Below, piece after piece: positions 12,623 through 24,378 of a stretch of DNA of 64,000 nt (within the stretch, counting starts at the first letter, position 1; every line of letters begins with the position of its first letter). A program made the position numbers and the translations under genes. The notes under the pieces are model-generated. The model made no database searches. It worked only from the letters and a program-made list of their open reading frames with translations, and had not been told where the DNA came from. Where the stretch lies: NCBI RefSeq assembly GCF_963921235.1, contig NC_086097.1, positions 94,862,001-94,926,000 of the forward strand. The letters are read 5' to 3'. Source of the stretch: Mobula hypostoma. Taxonomy: Eukaryota.

Positions 12623-13413
12623 TAGGCACAGGCCGAGAATGGAGCCCGGGACTTTCCTGGTCAGCAGGACAGCAAGAGGCACACCAACCATGGCTGACTT
12701 TCAACAGAAAGGGGCTTCCCTCCCACCCAGTACTTGAGACCATTTCAGTTAGATTTGTGTTCCTACCTCTTCCTTTTCTTTCCAAGACTGCACCGTGAGG
12801 TGGAGAGCAAAGATGCTCCCAGGTTCGAACAGCTCGTGCTTACAGAACAGTGATGCAATGGGTTCGTACTGAGATGGCCCCAGCTCGGGTTTCTGGCTCT
12901 TCCCACCCATCCAGACTGATCAGGAATTAAAGCACAATCTCCTATCAGGCTGGGAAGAAATGACTGACTGATGGATGGATGCGGTTTTTAAATGTAGAAG
13001 TAAGACATTTGACCAACAGGAATCACCTTAGGCTCAAGAGTTTTATGCCATGGACCAGTACTGTAAAGTTAGAGGTCTGTGAAGCCCACTTTGTGAACAC
13101 CTGCAGCAATAGAAATGGGGAAATAAAACAGCAATCACTGGAGATACTTCTCCACCGTCTCGGGAAAGCAGACAAGGATCCCTCCCACCCTGACCATTCC
13201 CTCTTCTCCCCCCTCCCACTGGCAGAAGCTATTGACAGCTTTAGAGCCCATTCCACCAGGCTTGGGGAAAACCTCTGTCCTGTTGTTATCAGACAATTAA
13301 ATGGAGCTCTTGCACACTAAAAGCAGAACCCTTGATCCTCTAATCCACCTCATTTTGTCTGCTGCACTTTATTTGCCCACCTGCCCAGCAGTCCCTCTGT
13401 AACGGAAACACCA

Positions 13414-13915
13414 CACTCACTGGCCACTTTATTAGGTACACCTGTACACCTGCTCGTTAATGCAAATATCTAATCAGCCAATCCTGTGGCAGCAACTCAG
13501 TGCATAAACGCACGTAAACATGGTCAAGAGGTTCAGACCAAACACCAGAATGGGGAGGAAGTGTGATCTAAGTGACTTTGACTGTGGAACGATTGTTGGT
13601 GCCAGACAGGGTGATTTGAGTATTTCCTGGGATTTTCTCTAGAGTTTACAGAGAAACAATAACATCCAGTGAACGGCAGCTCTGAGGGTGAAAACGCCTA
13701 GTTACTGAGAGAGGTCGGAGGAGAATGGCCAGACTGGTTTAAGCCTACAGAAAGTTAACAGTAACTCAGATAGTTGTGTGTTACAACAGTGGTGTGCAGA
13801 AGAGCATCTCTGAACACAGAGCTTGTTGAACCTTGAAGCGGATGGGCTGTAGCAGCAGAAGACCACGAACATAAGCTCCGTGGCCACTTTCTTAAGTACG
13901 TCCTGGAGCTATTAT
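13414..13915 (+). mobile_element. Tc1-like non-autonomous element
   Basis: Starts CACTCACTGGCCACTTTATTAGGTACACC; contains the SDFDxGxIVGAR-type Tc1 transposase N-terminal remnant. Confidence 0.75.
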
Positions 13916-14851
13916 AAGTATTTAGCCTTCCTTTCTACCAGCTCAATGTATGGCATGATCTGCCTGCTAGCGTAAAAGCTCTTCACTGTACATCAGACGG
14001 TAATAAACCCAAACCAATACTCAGCAGGTCGGGCAGCCCTGTGCAGAGAGAAATGGTTGATGGTTCAGGTCAAGGACACTCACTCAGAGACAGGAGAATG
14101 AGGAAACAAGTGTGTTTTAAGTTGCGGGGAGGCGTAACGGCAATGTTTGTGACAGGCTGGAGAGTCCTCCAGGTTTCTTGGATTTCCTTGGTCTCCACCT
14201 TTCCCCCTGCTTCAGGTTTAAGAGACTAGAGCTCCACACCAGGGGAAGCTCTTTCAATTTATCAGCGTTGTCGCCAGCATAGACAGGATGTTGTAAGTGT
14301 GTCGGCAGTGGCCACATTCACATTGCTCCTACAACCCACAGCACTCCCACTCTCGCTACCCGCCACCCCAGGAACTGACCACGTCCTGCATGCTCGCAGA
14401 AATCGCTCTATACCGCACGCTCACCAACCTTGACGGGGCCATTCCACAAGTGGTGGAAAATGTGTGGTGTCCGTGAGCTGGGGGAAAACGTTGTGTCATG
14501 GTTACAGCGGAAGGAAGTAGGAGACGATGATGATTGATTGACCAAGGCACTGGGTGGCTGAGGGGGTGGGTCATTCTCCGCAGTCGGGTAAACAGGGAGC
14601 CAGATTCATGTACAACAAGCACAGGGCCAGGTTTTGATATGTGCCCTGGAGGGAAATGCTGTGAGTTATCCGCTTGTAATGCTCACCCAGTTCTCCCTCC
14701 CCTGACGCCACTTTGTCCACTGGTCTTTTCTCAAACTTCTCAGCTTTAGCATGAGCTCTTTGCTTTCTCACTTCAACTGCCCTCATCGACCTATGACGGA
14801 TAAAGGGTTATAAAATCTTGAGGGGCATAAATAAGGGCAGTCGCAGTATGT

Positions 14852-15245
14852 TTTAAACAAAATAAACTTTATTCATAATAAAAAAAACTTGATTTGCAAG
14901 AATAAGTCTGCAATGGTTTTTCATTCTTCACATTCCTAGTCAATGCTTTCTGTACTGTTCTTTTACGTTCCCGCGCATCAATAGCTCTGCCGACACTCAT
15001 GAGGACCCCTGGGGTGGCATCGTGCTGCCACTGTAACTGAGGGGCTTCCTCACCCAACCTGTCCCCTCCCTCTCCAGTAGCAGGACAACCCTATACCGAG
15101 GTCCTTCCCCGCCAAGCACTTGTGGTAGCTGCACCAGGCTCAGTGTGCCCCCCAGCACGCGCTCCTGCAGCCCGGGACGTGCCCGTTAGCAGCGTTCGTC
15201 CACCGACAACTCGATGTGTCGGCTGACCCACAACGTTCGGGCAGC
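14852..15245 (-). mobile_element. Tx1-type LINE 3' end
   Basis: Minus strand ELSVDERC...LQERVL...WRGRTSV resembles the Tx1 ORF2 C-terminus, followed by AATAAA and an A-rich end. Confidence 0.6.
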
Positions 15246-18134
15246 CGTAGGGGGTGAAAGGTAGTCACACTCTGTTCCCTAGGGTAGGGGAGTCTAAAAC
15301 TAGAAGGTGTAAGTTTCAGGTGAGAGAGGGGCCTCACGCCTCACACTTGCAGCAGGTCTCACCAGGTCACCGCTCCAGGCCACTGACAGTTCTCCCAGGG
15401 CAGTAGCAGTCACGGCAATGTAGAAAGCCTTGCACTGGGTGGTACCATCCACAGCAAAGTTCGCCATTGTTGGTGGAGTCCCCTGACCAGTGCCCTGGCC
15501 CCCTTTGCTCTCGCTGTCATGCAGATGCTGGAAAGATAAAACAAAACACAAACAGAAAATTCTGGAAATGCTTAATGAGATCTGTAGAGAGAGAAAGAAA
15601 GTTAACCTTTCAGGCCAGAGGCTGTCAGAATGGGGAAGGAGTTGTGTTATGATGCAGAGACGATAGAAAGCAGGTAGGGCGAAGGGAATATCCCTGTCTG
15701 GGTAAGGGTTGCCATAGTGATAATTGCTGATGAGAGTCACAGTTATAGTTATAGGCCCTTTAACCCTCTATGCTGAACAGGTTGACAACTAATCCAGTCC
15801 AATTTGCCCGCATTTGGCCCATGTTCCTCCCAGGGGGTCCACAGAGCACTTGCTTAAAGGCATTGCTCTAAGACATAAGAAAGATTGGGAACCTCTGCAC
15901 CTTCCCTGTCCACGTACATTACCTGTCCAAGTGTCTTTTAAATGCTGCATTACACCTGCCTCTGCCACACTCCACTTACCCACCAGCCTCTGTGTCAAAA
16001 AGGTTAGACCGTAAGGCATAGGAGCAGAATTAGGCCATTCGGCCCATTGAGTCTGCTCCACCATTTCATCATGGCTGATCCATTTCCCTCTCGACCCCAT
16101 TCCTCTGCCTTCTCCCCGTAATGCTTCACTCCCTACCTAATCAAGAACCTATCAGCCTCTACTTTAAATGCTCCCAATGACCCACCTTCGCAGGTGGCAG
16201 TGAAGTCCACAGATTCACCACCCTCTCGGTAAAGAAATTCCTTCTCATTTCCATTCTAACGCAACGTCCCTCTCTTCTGAGCTGTGCCCTCTGGTTCTAG
16301 GACCACCCATTATAGGAAACATCCTCTCCACATCCATTCTATATTCAATAGGCTTCAATGAGAGTCCCCCCCCCCCCCACCATTCTTCCAAATTCCAGTG
16401 GGTACAGGCCCAGGACCATCAAACGCTCCTCATATGAAACTCTGATGAGTTTCTCCTTGGGTCCCCTTTAAACCTTTCCCCTCTCATCTTAAACCTATGC
16501 CTTCTAGTTTTAGACTGCCCTGCCCTGAGAAAAATCCTGATGGTGATGGAGAGAGGAAACAAAGGGGTGATATTAAAGCAGTGAAATGCAGGTCAGGACC
16601 GGCAGTGTCAGTAGGAGAACGGAGTGAGTTTTACAGATCCATTACCCACAGAATTGTTCTCATTGCTGCCAAAGCTCAGCCCTACCCTACTGCTCATTCC
16701 AACCTGGAGTCACTTTGGAAGCCCAAATCCTTCAACAGTAAAGACTACACTCAGCATCTACAAATGAATAAAGAACAATCATTCTGCCCTTTCGAATGCC
16801 TCCCTCTTCACCACAATGACAGTGTCCACCCTTTCCAAGTTTTGAATAGCAGTGAGTTATCAATTGACCGTTTTAACAACCCTTAAGTCTTAAGTATACG
16901 GAAGCAGATAGTAGAAAGAAGGTTGGTTGCCCAGTCACTAAATGAGCCATGTGGATCAGGCTGATTTAGCTATTAAATAATAATGCAGCAAAGTCAACTG
17001 GTACATGATTGGGTCAAGAGTTGGTGGGAGGGGGAGGGAATACTCAGGCAGCCTTCCTGTTCTTTGCTAAAATCCAGATTGAGTTCTTGGTATCCTGAGC
17101 ACCAAGTAAATTTGACGGGCCCTCTGTCCTTTTAAAATTAAACTTGCAATAGAATGAGCTAAAAAGTAGGTTGTAAACACAAGAGATTCTGCAGATGCCG
17201 GAAATCCAGAGCAGTACACACAAAGTGCTGGAGCAACTCAGCAGGTCAGGCAGCATCAATGGAGGAGAATAAACAGTCAACGTTTTGGGCTGGGACCCTT
17301 CCTCAGGACTGTTGAATAAGGAAGTACACTGTTAGTTGTTTACAGGCTGCATCAGGAGGAAAAGCGAGATCAAGTAATCCATGTGACTCCAATCTGGTGA
17401 ATGAATCCAGCTTTTTCGGGGAGAACCCACTCCTCCTCTTCAGGATCATTGATGTCATCAGACTCTTTGGGAAGTTCTGGAGTGGACCATCGCTTTAGAC
17501 GTGAGCCCTTCACCCACCCCAGGAAGGAGCAGAATCTAAAGATATTTTGTACCCTCACATCAAGTCTCTCTTGAGTTGAGACCTTATCACTGTGTTGAAA
17601 ATGTGCCAACCCGGTTGCACAGAGCAAGATCCCACAAACATGATCAGGTAACCTGTTTTAGAGATTCCGGTTAAAGGGATAGGGAGTTACTAATTTCCAC
17701 TACCGCGCACAGCCAAAGCAATATTCCCCGTCTTATACCAATCCCCGGCCCCCAATCGCTGTTCTTATTCCAACAGTTCCATGGGATCCTTTAGATTCTT
17801 TTTAAAAGGTAGAGAAGGTCTCAATTTTTCTTAACTAAGAGACATCACGTCCAAACAACGGAACTCTCCACAGACGGTGTGCCTACAACCTGACTGGGAA
17901 TCAAGAAACAACAGCATTTACTGAAATCCTGAAATGTAAGCCGAAAACGCTCTGTGGGTCAGGCAGCATTTGTGGAGAGAGAAACCACTCAATGGTAACA
18001 GTTAAATTGAGACGTTAGGTGACACCACCTGACCTGCTCACCAATGACTACTAAGGGACATGAGCAGTTCTAGTTGTTGCACCCTAGGAAAGATGTATTG
18101 GTACTCGAGAGGGTGCAGAGGAGATTTAGCATGT

Positions 18135-18870
18135 GTATGTATTATTTCAGTAACAATGTAAATATATTGTTTGTTTAAGCATTCTCTGTTGTTTATGCAT
18201 TGTGGCTTATTTATTTACTCATTCATTTACTGAGATACAGCGTGGAATAGATCTTTCTGGCCCTTTGAACCCAGCAATTCCCCATTTTATTCCTAGCCTA
18301 ATCACGGGACAGTTTACAATGATCAATTAACCTAAACGTAAAAGTATGTAAATGGTATACGTCATCACGCTGCCACATCATAAGTGTGTGCCTCGCTTAA
18401 AGTAAAAAACAAACTTAGACATGTATTATGGACTCTCTGTGTTTTCCTTTCAATCAGATTTATATTTTGGAACCTGAGATGACTACCCACCTGTTGAAGC
18501 GCAGCGAGACGTTTGAGTTTAAAAAAAAGTGAAAAAGCAAAAATGGTTGAGTAAAGTAGACTGCAGAGCATGTGTTCTTCGGAAGGGAAGACAGCTGGAG
18601 TTTTAAAAATGGCAGAAAACAAAAGAGTGCACAGGTTCATAAAAAGTGAATACCGGCTGATAATAATCATAAATTTTAAAAAAGAACAGAAATGGCTGGC
18701 TATATTGTAAAACTAGACACATTCAATTGCACAGCAGATAACTGGAATATGCATACTGAGCTAATTGTGCAGTATTTTTAAGCAAATGAATAACCAATGA
18801 GAAACAAGTACCAGTTTTGTTGGGAAAATGTAACAAAATGCAACATGTTTTGGAGTTACAAAACACAACA
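18135..18870 (+). mobile_element. Gypsy-type LTR retrotransposon remnant (LTR plus gag start)
   Basis: From 18692, MAGYIVKLDTFNCTADNWNMHTELIVQYF...NEKQVPVLL, a decayed Gypsy gag N-terminus; LTR-like sequence upstream. Confidence 0.6.
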
Positions 18871-19709
18871 GGAGATTACCTAGACTGGAGGACTTCAGTT
18901 ATGGGGAGAAACTGGATAGGCTGGATCTGTTTTCCCTGTAGTTAATCACATTGATAGATTAGATGATCAATTTTTTTTCACAGGGTAGAGGTATCAAAAC
19001 AAGAGGGCAAAGATTAAATTGGAAGGAAGGAGTTTTAAAGGGTATCTGAGGCAAAATATTTATTTTACACAGTGATTGTGAAAGAGGTGGACTCAGACAC
19101 ACTATTTTTAAAAGGCTGTCAGACACTGACACACACCAAAGGGCTGGAGAACTCAGCAGGTCAGACAGTAGATGGGGAAGGAAAATGAACGGTTGACGTT
19201 TTGGTCCAAAGCAGGGCTTGGGCCAAAAACTTTACTGTTAATTTCCCTCCATAGATGCTGCCTGACCTGTTGCGTTCCTCCAATATTTTGTGTGTGTTGC
19301 TCCAGATTTCCAGCACCTGCAGAATCTCGTCTCCATAGACACTTAAAACAGACAAAATACAAAAGGATATGGTCCCAATGAAGGCAAATAGTATTAGTGT
19401 GGAGTGCAAAAGCCAGTACCGGCGTGACGGGCCGAAAGGCCCGTTTCTGTGCTGAACAACACGAAGGCTGTGCGCTCAAAAGGGAACGACTGGAACGCTG
19501 TGTCTTTAATTAAAAGCAGAGGGTGGGGAAAGCGAGTGGTGTGTTATTTAAGATTTTTAAAAAACTGGGTAAACGTTCCAGCGAACTATCCGAAGCGGGG
19601 GACGGGCGAATCGGGGCCTGTTTTGCGAGAGCCGGAATTGTTTATAGTATATGAGAGCAGGAAGTAGTGCGATACGCCGCCATCCCAGAGAGAACCTCCC
19701 CTCCCTGTC

Positions 19710-19770
19710 GCGGGGGAGGGGGGGGGTGGTGGTGGTGGTGGTGGTGGTGGTGGTGGTGGGGGGGGTGGGG
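19710..19770. repeat. G-run plus (GGT)n microsatellite
   Basis: Directly visible. Confidence 0.95.
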
Positions 19771-21299
19771 AATAGGTCCCAGAGCAAGACTAGGCATAGA
19801 CCCAGCACATGGAGAGACTAGAGTCGGCAGAACAAGGAGCAGTTGCAAACCCTCAGATGAATCTAAAGAGATTGTCTTTGGGTTCGAATTTCTACAAAAC
19901 ATATCACAGTGGCCGATAAGGTAATTAACTTACAAACAAAAACTTTCAAACTGACCCAGTCTCCGCTCATTCCGACATCCCTTGTTTTGAGAAGAATGTT
20001 CGTGTCGCTACAGCGTTTCCACAAAAATAAAGTTGAGTTCACGTAATTGACAACTTTCTGCCGAGCGACAGGCATGTGCGGATGGGTTTAAGAGTTTGGG
20101 GGTGGATGTTTGTGCGTTATTTTCATTTCCCTAAGGTGTTAAACTGGGGAATCAGCACATTTCTTTGACCTTTCCTTTGCGTCTTCAGTTCTTAGTTTAA
20201 TATTGAGGAACGCCGAGATGTGAGGGAATTTGACAGAAACTCACGCACGAAACATATTTAGTGAAAGTATGTCTTTTTTTTTGTTGTTGCTAATCCGGCA
20301 AGTATTTATTAAATTCAACAGGAAATTGGGACCATTTGGAGCGAGTTCTGTTTTTGAAAGAGGTAGGAAATGTAGTTTTTAATCTTCAAAAATTCCGTGA
20401 ATTAAATCGGAATTCTCGATTCTGTTTAGTTAAATAAAAAGCCTGCCGCATTCCTCCAGCCAAAAGACAAGGCAAAGAAAAACAGGCCTGGCTACTAATA
20501 TAAATACTGGTTTTCCCCTGTCAGCTGGTTTTAATAAGCTTTTTAAAAAAAAACCTCGGGGGTTATTTTGTTTAGGATTAACAGCTGGAATACTTGACTA
20601 TTTACTTTAGAAATAATCGCTTACCCTTTAAATTCGTTTTTAGATTTTAATAACATTACCCCCATTTAATTTGAACCCCCCTCCCCAGCTCAAAAAAAAA
20701 CCCTTTTAGCGCCATGTGCGCTCTCCCGCCAAAACCCGTTGCAACAGACCGAAATTGCAACCATCTGTTACACATGATAAGCCTCGCACAATGCAAATCA
20801 GTCGAAAACGAGTGCCAGAACACGGCTAGTGGACGTCAGGCTTTGCGGGGAAAAAACACTAATTTAGGCTTTAACAAACAACTCTACAAACTTTTAAGCT
20901 TATTCAACTTTTAACTGCCGTTAAAGAAACACAAGCACATCAAACCTAGACCCCTTGCAGTCGATTACATTTAAAAATGAGGGAGTGAAAGAAAGCGTTT
21001 TAAACGACCGTGCACTCCGTCCTCTAAAACATTTCGCAATAACTTTTACCCCCCCGTCCAGATCCAATCCCTTTCGAGCTAGCAGCTAGTCCAAATCCCG
21101 CCCCAGAAAACAAACAACAATAAAAAAACCCTTATCAATTAGTAACTTATATTTTCTCATTGAGGTCATTAGAGTGAATTATTTATTACAATAATTTTAC
21201 GATCCAAAACTTTTACTTCAAAAATGAAAAGATTTTAGATGGTTTTAAAATCGTTAAAAGTGTTTAATGTTTCTTTCTTGGGACGAGTTAAAAAAAATG

Positions 21300-21588
21300 T
21301 TGGTGGGTGTAGTTACTGTCAGTCAAGAAGTTGTTTCGCTTGCCCACAAGCTTGGCTGATTTAAATACCAGAGATCCGCCTACGGATGGAAGGGAAATTA
21401 TTTATGGCAGATGTCGGACTGCGAGTTGCTAAAAGTCTGTAGGTGAATTTAGCAGAGAGAGGAAAGAAAAATAATAGCAGCCGGGGACTCGCAGTGGTCG
21501 ATCGACTAGATCTAAGTCAACCCGTCCCGTCTCCGGCCGCCAGTCTCTCCTCTCCGCCGCGTGGCCCTGCTCGCTGTTAACATCGGCA
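21300..21588 (+). promoter_or_regulatory. Probable core promoter and 5' UTR of ZFP36L1-like gene
   Basis: TATA-like TTTAAATA at 21360-21367 and CpG-rich, repeat-free sequence upstream of the ATG. The TSS cannot be determined from sequence alone. Confidence 0.55.
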
Positions 21589-21642
21589 ATGTCCACGAAA
21601 TTAGTCTCTTGTTTCTACGATATTGGAGAAGCTTTATGCAAG
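21589..21642 (+). CDS. ZFP36L1: ZFP36L1-like (Tis11b/BRF1) mRNA decay activator, coding exon 1 (MSTKLVSCFYDIGEALCK)
   Basis: ATG at 21589, 18 codons, then AAG|GTAAAA donor. The peptide resembles the short first coding exon of ZFP36L1/L2 (MTTTLVSATIFDLSEVLCK type). The phase-0 join is in frame with exon 2. Confidence 0.92.
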
Positions 21643-23394
21643 GTAAAAAAAAACAAACTTCGAATCGTGTCGGGTAGGGGAGGGAGGGTGTGGAAAGAAG
21701 TGGGCGCTATTATTAACAACACACTGCAGTTTTTAAACACTCCTCTTGTACCATTCAATCCAAACTTGTTTGAAATTTTGCAGTTGGAAAACGAGTCTGT
21801 TTTCGCAGAGCCTACGAAAACAAATCTTTATTCGGGTGTTTTAATTTTTTTTAAATGCCATCGGATTTTTAAAATTTCATTCCAGTGTTGGTGGAGTTTC
21901 TGCGACTTTGGATTTTCTGTTGGAAGAGCCAGTTGATAGAAGTTTTTTAAATTTTGTCTAACCCATTTCTGTGTCTCTGTGTTGAATTTTAACTCTAGTA
22001 GCTATAACATTGAATCCACTTCTATCTGACTCCCCCTCGCCAAACTGGCTATTTTGAGTTCAGGATCAAAACCTTTCACTCTGAAAAGAGTAATGTTGAC
22101 TTTGTGTCTGGAGGTTCTGATTTTGAACGTCGCTGGTCTGATTTTGAAACGTTGGCATTGTGATTTAGAACGTGCCCGTGTTCTGAATTGGAGCGTTCGA
22201 TTCCCGCCAGCTTCGTTCCCCATTGAGTGTCTGTCCGTCTTGTGAACGCGACTCGAGAGGGTCGACCGCCTCCTTGAAACCACCCCCGCCTTAGAGATAA
22301 GGGGCTGGCAACGGATCCCGCGGGCGGGGATCTACAAATACGACCCGAGCCACATGCGAGGACTCTCACTCACCCGCCTTAAATATGCGCTATACATTTT
22401 GGGTTTAATTGCGTACTTTTTTTTTGAGATGTTGCTACTTTATTTTGTTTGCTGGGAGGTGTGTGTGTGTCTTATTTTCGGATGGGGTTCTCGGGGCATT
22501 GGAGGGAGAGGGAGAAAGTCGGGAGGTAGAGGGATAGGGTGGGCGACCCTGGCTTGGTGATTGCAGGAGAGAGAACCTTAAATCTGTAATCAACAGGTTT
22601 AACAAAACCACAGTGGGGCTTTTATTATAGCTGCAGGGGGACTAATTGGTGTCTACTTCCGCCCTGTTAACTGCAGTCTGCTTCTTGCCTGCTAATGAAT
22701 GTAAACAATATTTTATCACATTTGATGTCAAATTCACCCAGCCTCTACTGGGGGCAGCACTCTTTCTAACTTGTCAAGGCCATCAGGCAAAGAGGAAGTA
22801 GGCAAGGGGCACTTTTGTTTTAAGAGGGTGAAACTGGATCAGGAATAGGTACCAGGGCAGTCTTGCAGGGAGGGACAGATGAGGCTGAATTCTACTGCAC
22901 CCTCCAACACTGTTGGCTCCTTGTGCCTTCTGCCCAATCACCTACAGGGCAGACCGAGGGACATGTTCAACACCACTGCCTGCTCGCCTCCAATGGGGTG
23001 GCAGGCCTGGCCTACAGTACCCTTCCACTGGACAATCCTGCCTCCATAACCCCCCCCCCCACTTTGATGAAGTCCTATGCTGGTTCTCTTCCCCTCCCCC
23101 CCCCCCCAAATCCTGTACCAGCAACCCCTTCACCCAGGTTCATGAGCAGATTTTATATGGGGCTCATCTTTGGCAATATTCAGCAGATACTCTGAGGCCT
23201 GTGCTGAACTGTTAAGTTCTTTCTCCACTTGGGACAGTTGGTGCAGTCCTAAAGGGAAGCTGGGAGCAGGGATAAGACTAAAGCTTGCATTGGGCACTTG
23301 GGCCGAAAGGCCTCGCTCTGTGTTTTGGTGCTGCACAAGGTCTCTAATATGATGTGTCATTTTTCTTCCCCTCGTTGACCTTGCCCATTTGCAG
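21643..23394 (+). other. ZFP36L1: Single GT-AG intron of the ZFP36L1-like gene (1752 nt)
   Basis: GTAAAA at 21643 and CAG ending at 23394; a single early intron is the known architecture of the ZFP36 family. Confidence 0.9.
22881..23134 (+). pseudogene. Decayed intronic duplicate of part of ZFP36L1 exon 2 (second finger to NPFT region)
   Basis: Collinear blocks: 23028-23065 vs 23992-24029 (30/38 identical, ungapped); 23113-23134 vs 24069-24090 (20/22); 22985-23020 vs about 23911-23949; 22895-22920 vs about 23796-23820. Confidence 0.8.
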
Positions 23395-24378
23395 AACAAG
23401 ATGATGAGCTACAACAGCAACACGGGGGTGCCCCTGCTGGACAGAAAAGCGGTCGGGACACCAACGCTGGTCGATTACCAGAGGCGGCATTCGGTCACCT
23501 TCGGCAACACTAACTCCAAGTTCACGCAGAACCAGCTCCTCAACAGCCTGAAGCTGGAGCAGACCGGCGGCGGGGGAGTGGCCAACAAGGAGAACAAGTT
23601 CCGTGACCGCTGCCTTTCGGAGACGGGCCTGCAGAAGCCCCAGGGCCAGGTGAACTCCAGCCGGTACAAGACGGAGCTGTGCCGCCCCTTCGAGGAGAAC
23701 GGCTCCTGCAAGTATGGCGACAAGTGCCAGTTTGCCCACGGCATCCACGAGCTGAGGAGCCTTGCGCGCCACCCCAAGTACAAGACGGAGCTGTGCCGCA
23801 CGTTCCACACCATCGGTTTCTGCCCCTACGGACCCCGCTGCCACTTCATCCACAACGCGGAGGAGCGGAGATTGTCACCCGCCCATGAGCAGCAGCACCA
23901 GCTCCCCCTGTCCTCCTCCAACAAGGTGGACAGGCCCTGCCTGCAGCACAGCTACAGTTTCTCCGGCTTCTCCAGTTCCTCCAACAGGCTGCTGGACAGT
24001 CCCACCTCCATCACCCCGCCGCCCATCTTCACCGCGGAAGAACTGAGCTCCTCCCCCACCCTGCCAAACTGCGCCAGCAACCCCTTCACCTACTCGAGCC
24101 AGGAGCTGGCCAGCCTCTTCGCGCCCAGCATTGGCATCCAGGTCCCCTTGGCGTCCACCGCTGGCACCACCGAGGGCAGCTCCCACTCCCCGACTTCGTT
24201 CCTGCTCCGGCCACTGGCCGAGTCGCCACAGTTCTTTGAGACTTCGCCCAGTCCCCCCGACTCGTTGTCCGATGATTGCCTCAGCAGCTCCGGCAGCATA
24301 AGCGGCTCGGAGTCGCCCATCCTTGACTTCAACAAGCGCCTCCCCATCTTCAGCAGACTCTCCATCACGGACGACTAG
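23395..24378 (+). CDS. ZFP36L1: ZFP36L1-like coding exon 2: Tis11B N-terminal region, tandem CCCH zinc fingers, C-terminal CNOT1-binding motif; spliced protein 345 aa
   Basis: Polypyrimidine tract plus TTTGCAG acceptor ending at 23394. Contains [10 protein letters not shown] and RRHSVT, then [31 protein letters not shown] and [30 protein letters not shown] (two CX8CX5CX3H fingers; EENG, GDK, GIHE and NAEE match L1 rather than L2). Ends [13 protein letters not shown] then TAG. Confidence 0.96.
   Translation, partial: NKMMSYNSNTGVPLLDRKAVGTPTLVDYQRRHSVTFGNTNSKFTQNQLLNSLKLEQTGGGGVANKENKFRDRCLSETGLQKPQGQVNSSRYKTELCRPFEENGSCKYGDKCQFAHGIHELRSLARHPKYKTELCRTFHTIGFCPYGPRCHFIHNAEERRLSPAHEQQHQLPLSSSNKVDRPCLQHSYSFSGFSSSSNRLLDSPTSITPPPIFTAEELSSSPTLPNCASNPFTYSSQELASLFAPSIGIQVPLASTAGTTEGSSHSPTSFLLRPLAESPQFFETSPSPPDSLSDDCLSSSGSISGSESPILDFNKRLPIFSRLSITDD

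Noticed and set aside
17370..17627. Protein-like minus-strand ORF (…PELPKESDDINDPEEEEWVLPEK…)
   Set aside because: No recognisable homology, non-ATG start and no convincing splice pair.
19557..19924. Poly-His, poly-Thr and poly-Trp ORFs
   Set aside because: Translations of a (GGT)n microsatellite.
21643..21936. Continuation of the 115-aa ORF past exon 1
   Set aside because: Homology stops at LCK and a canonical donor follows; the rest is intron.
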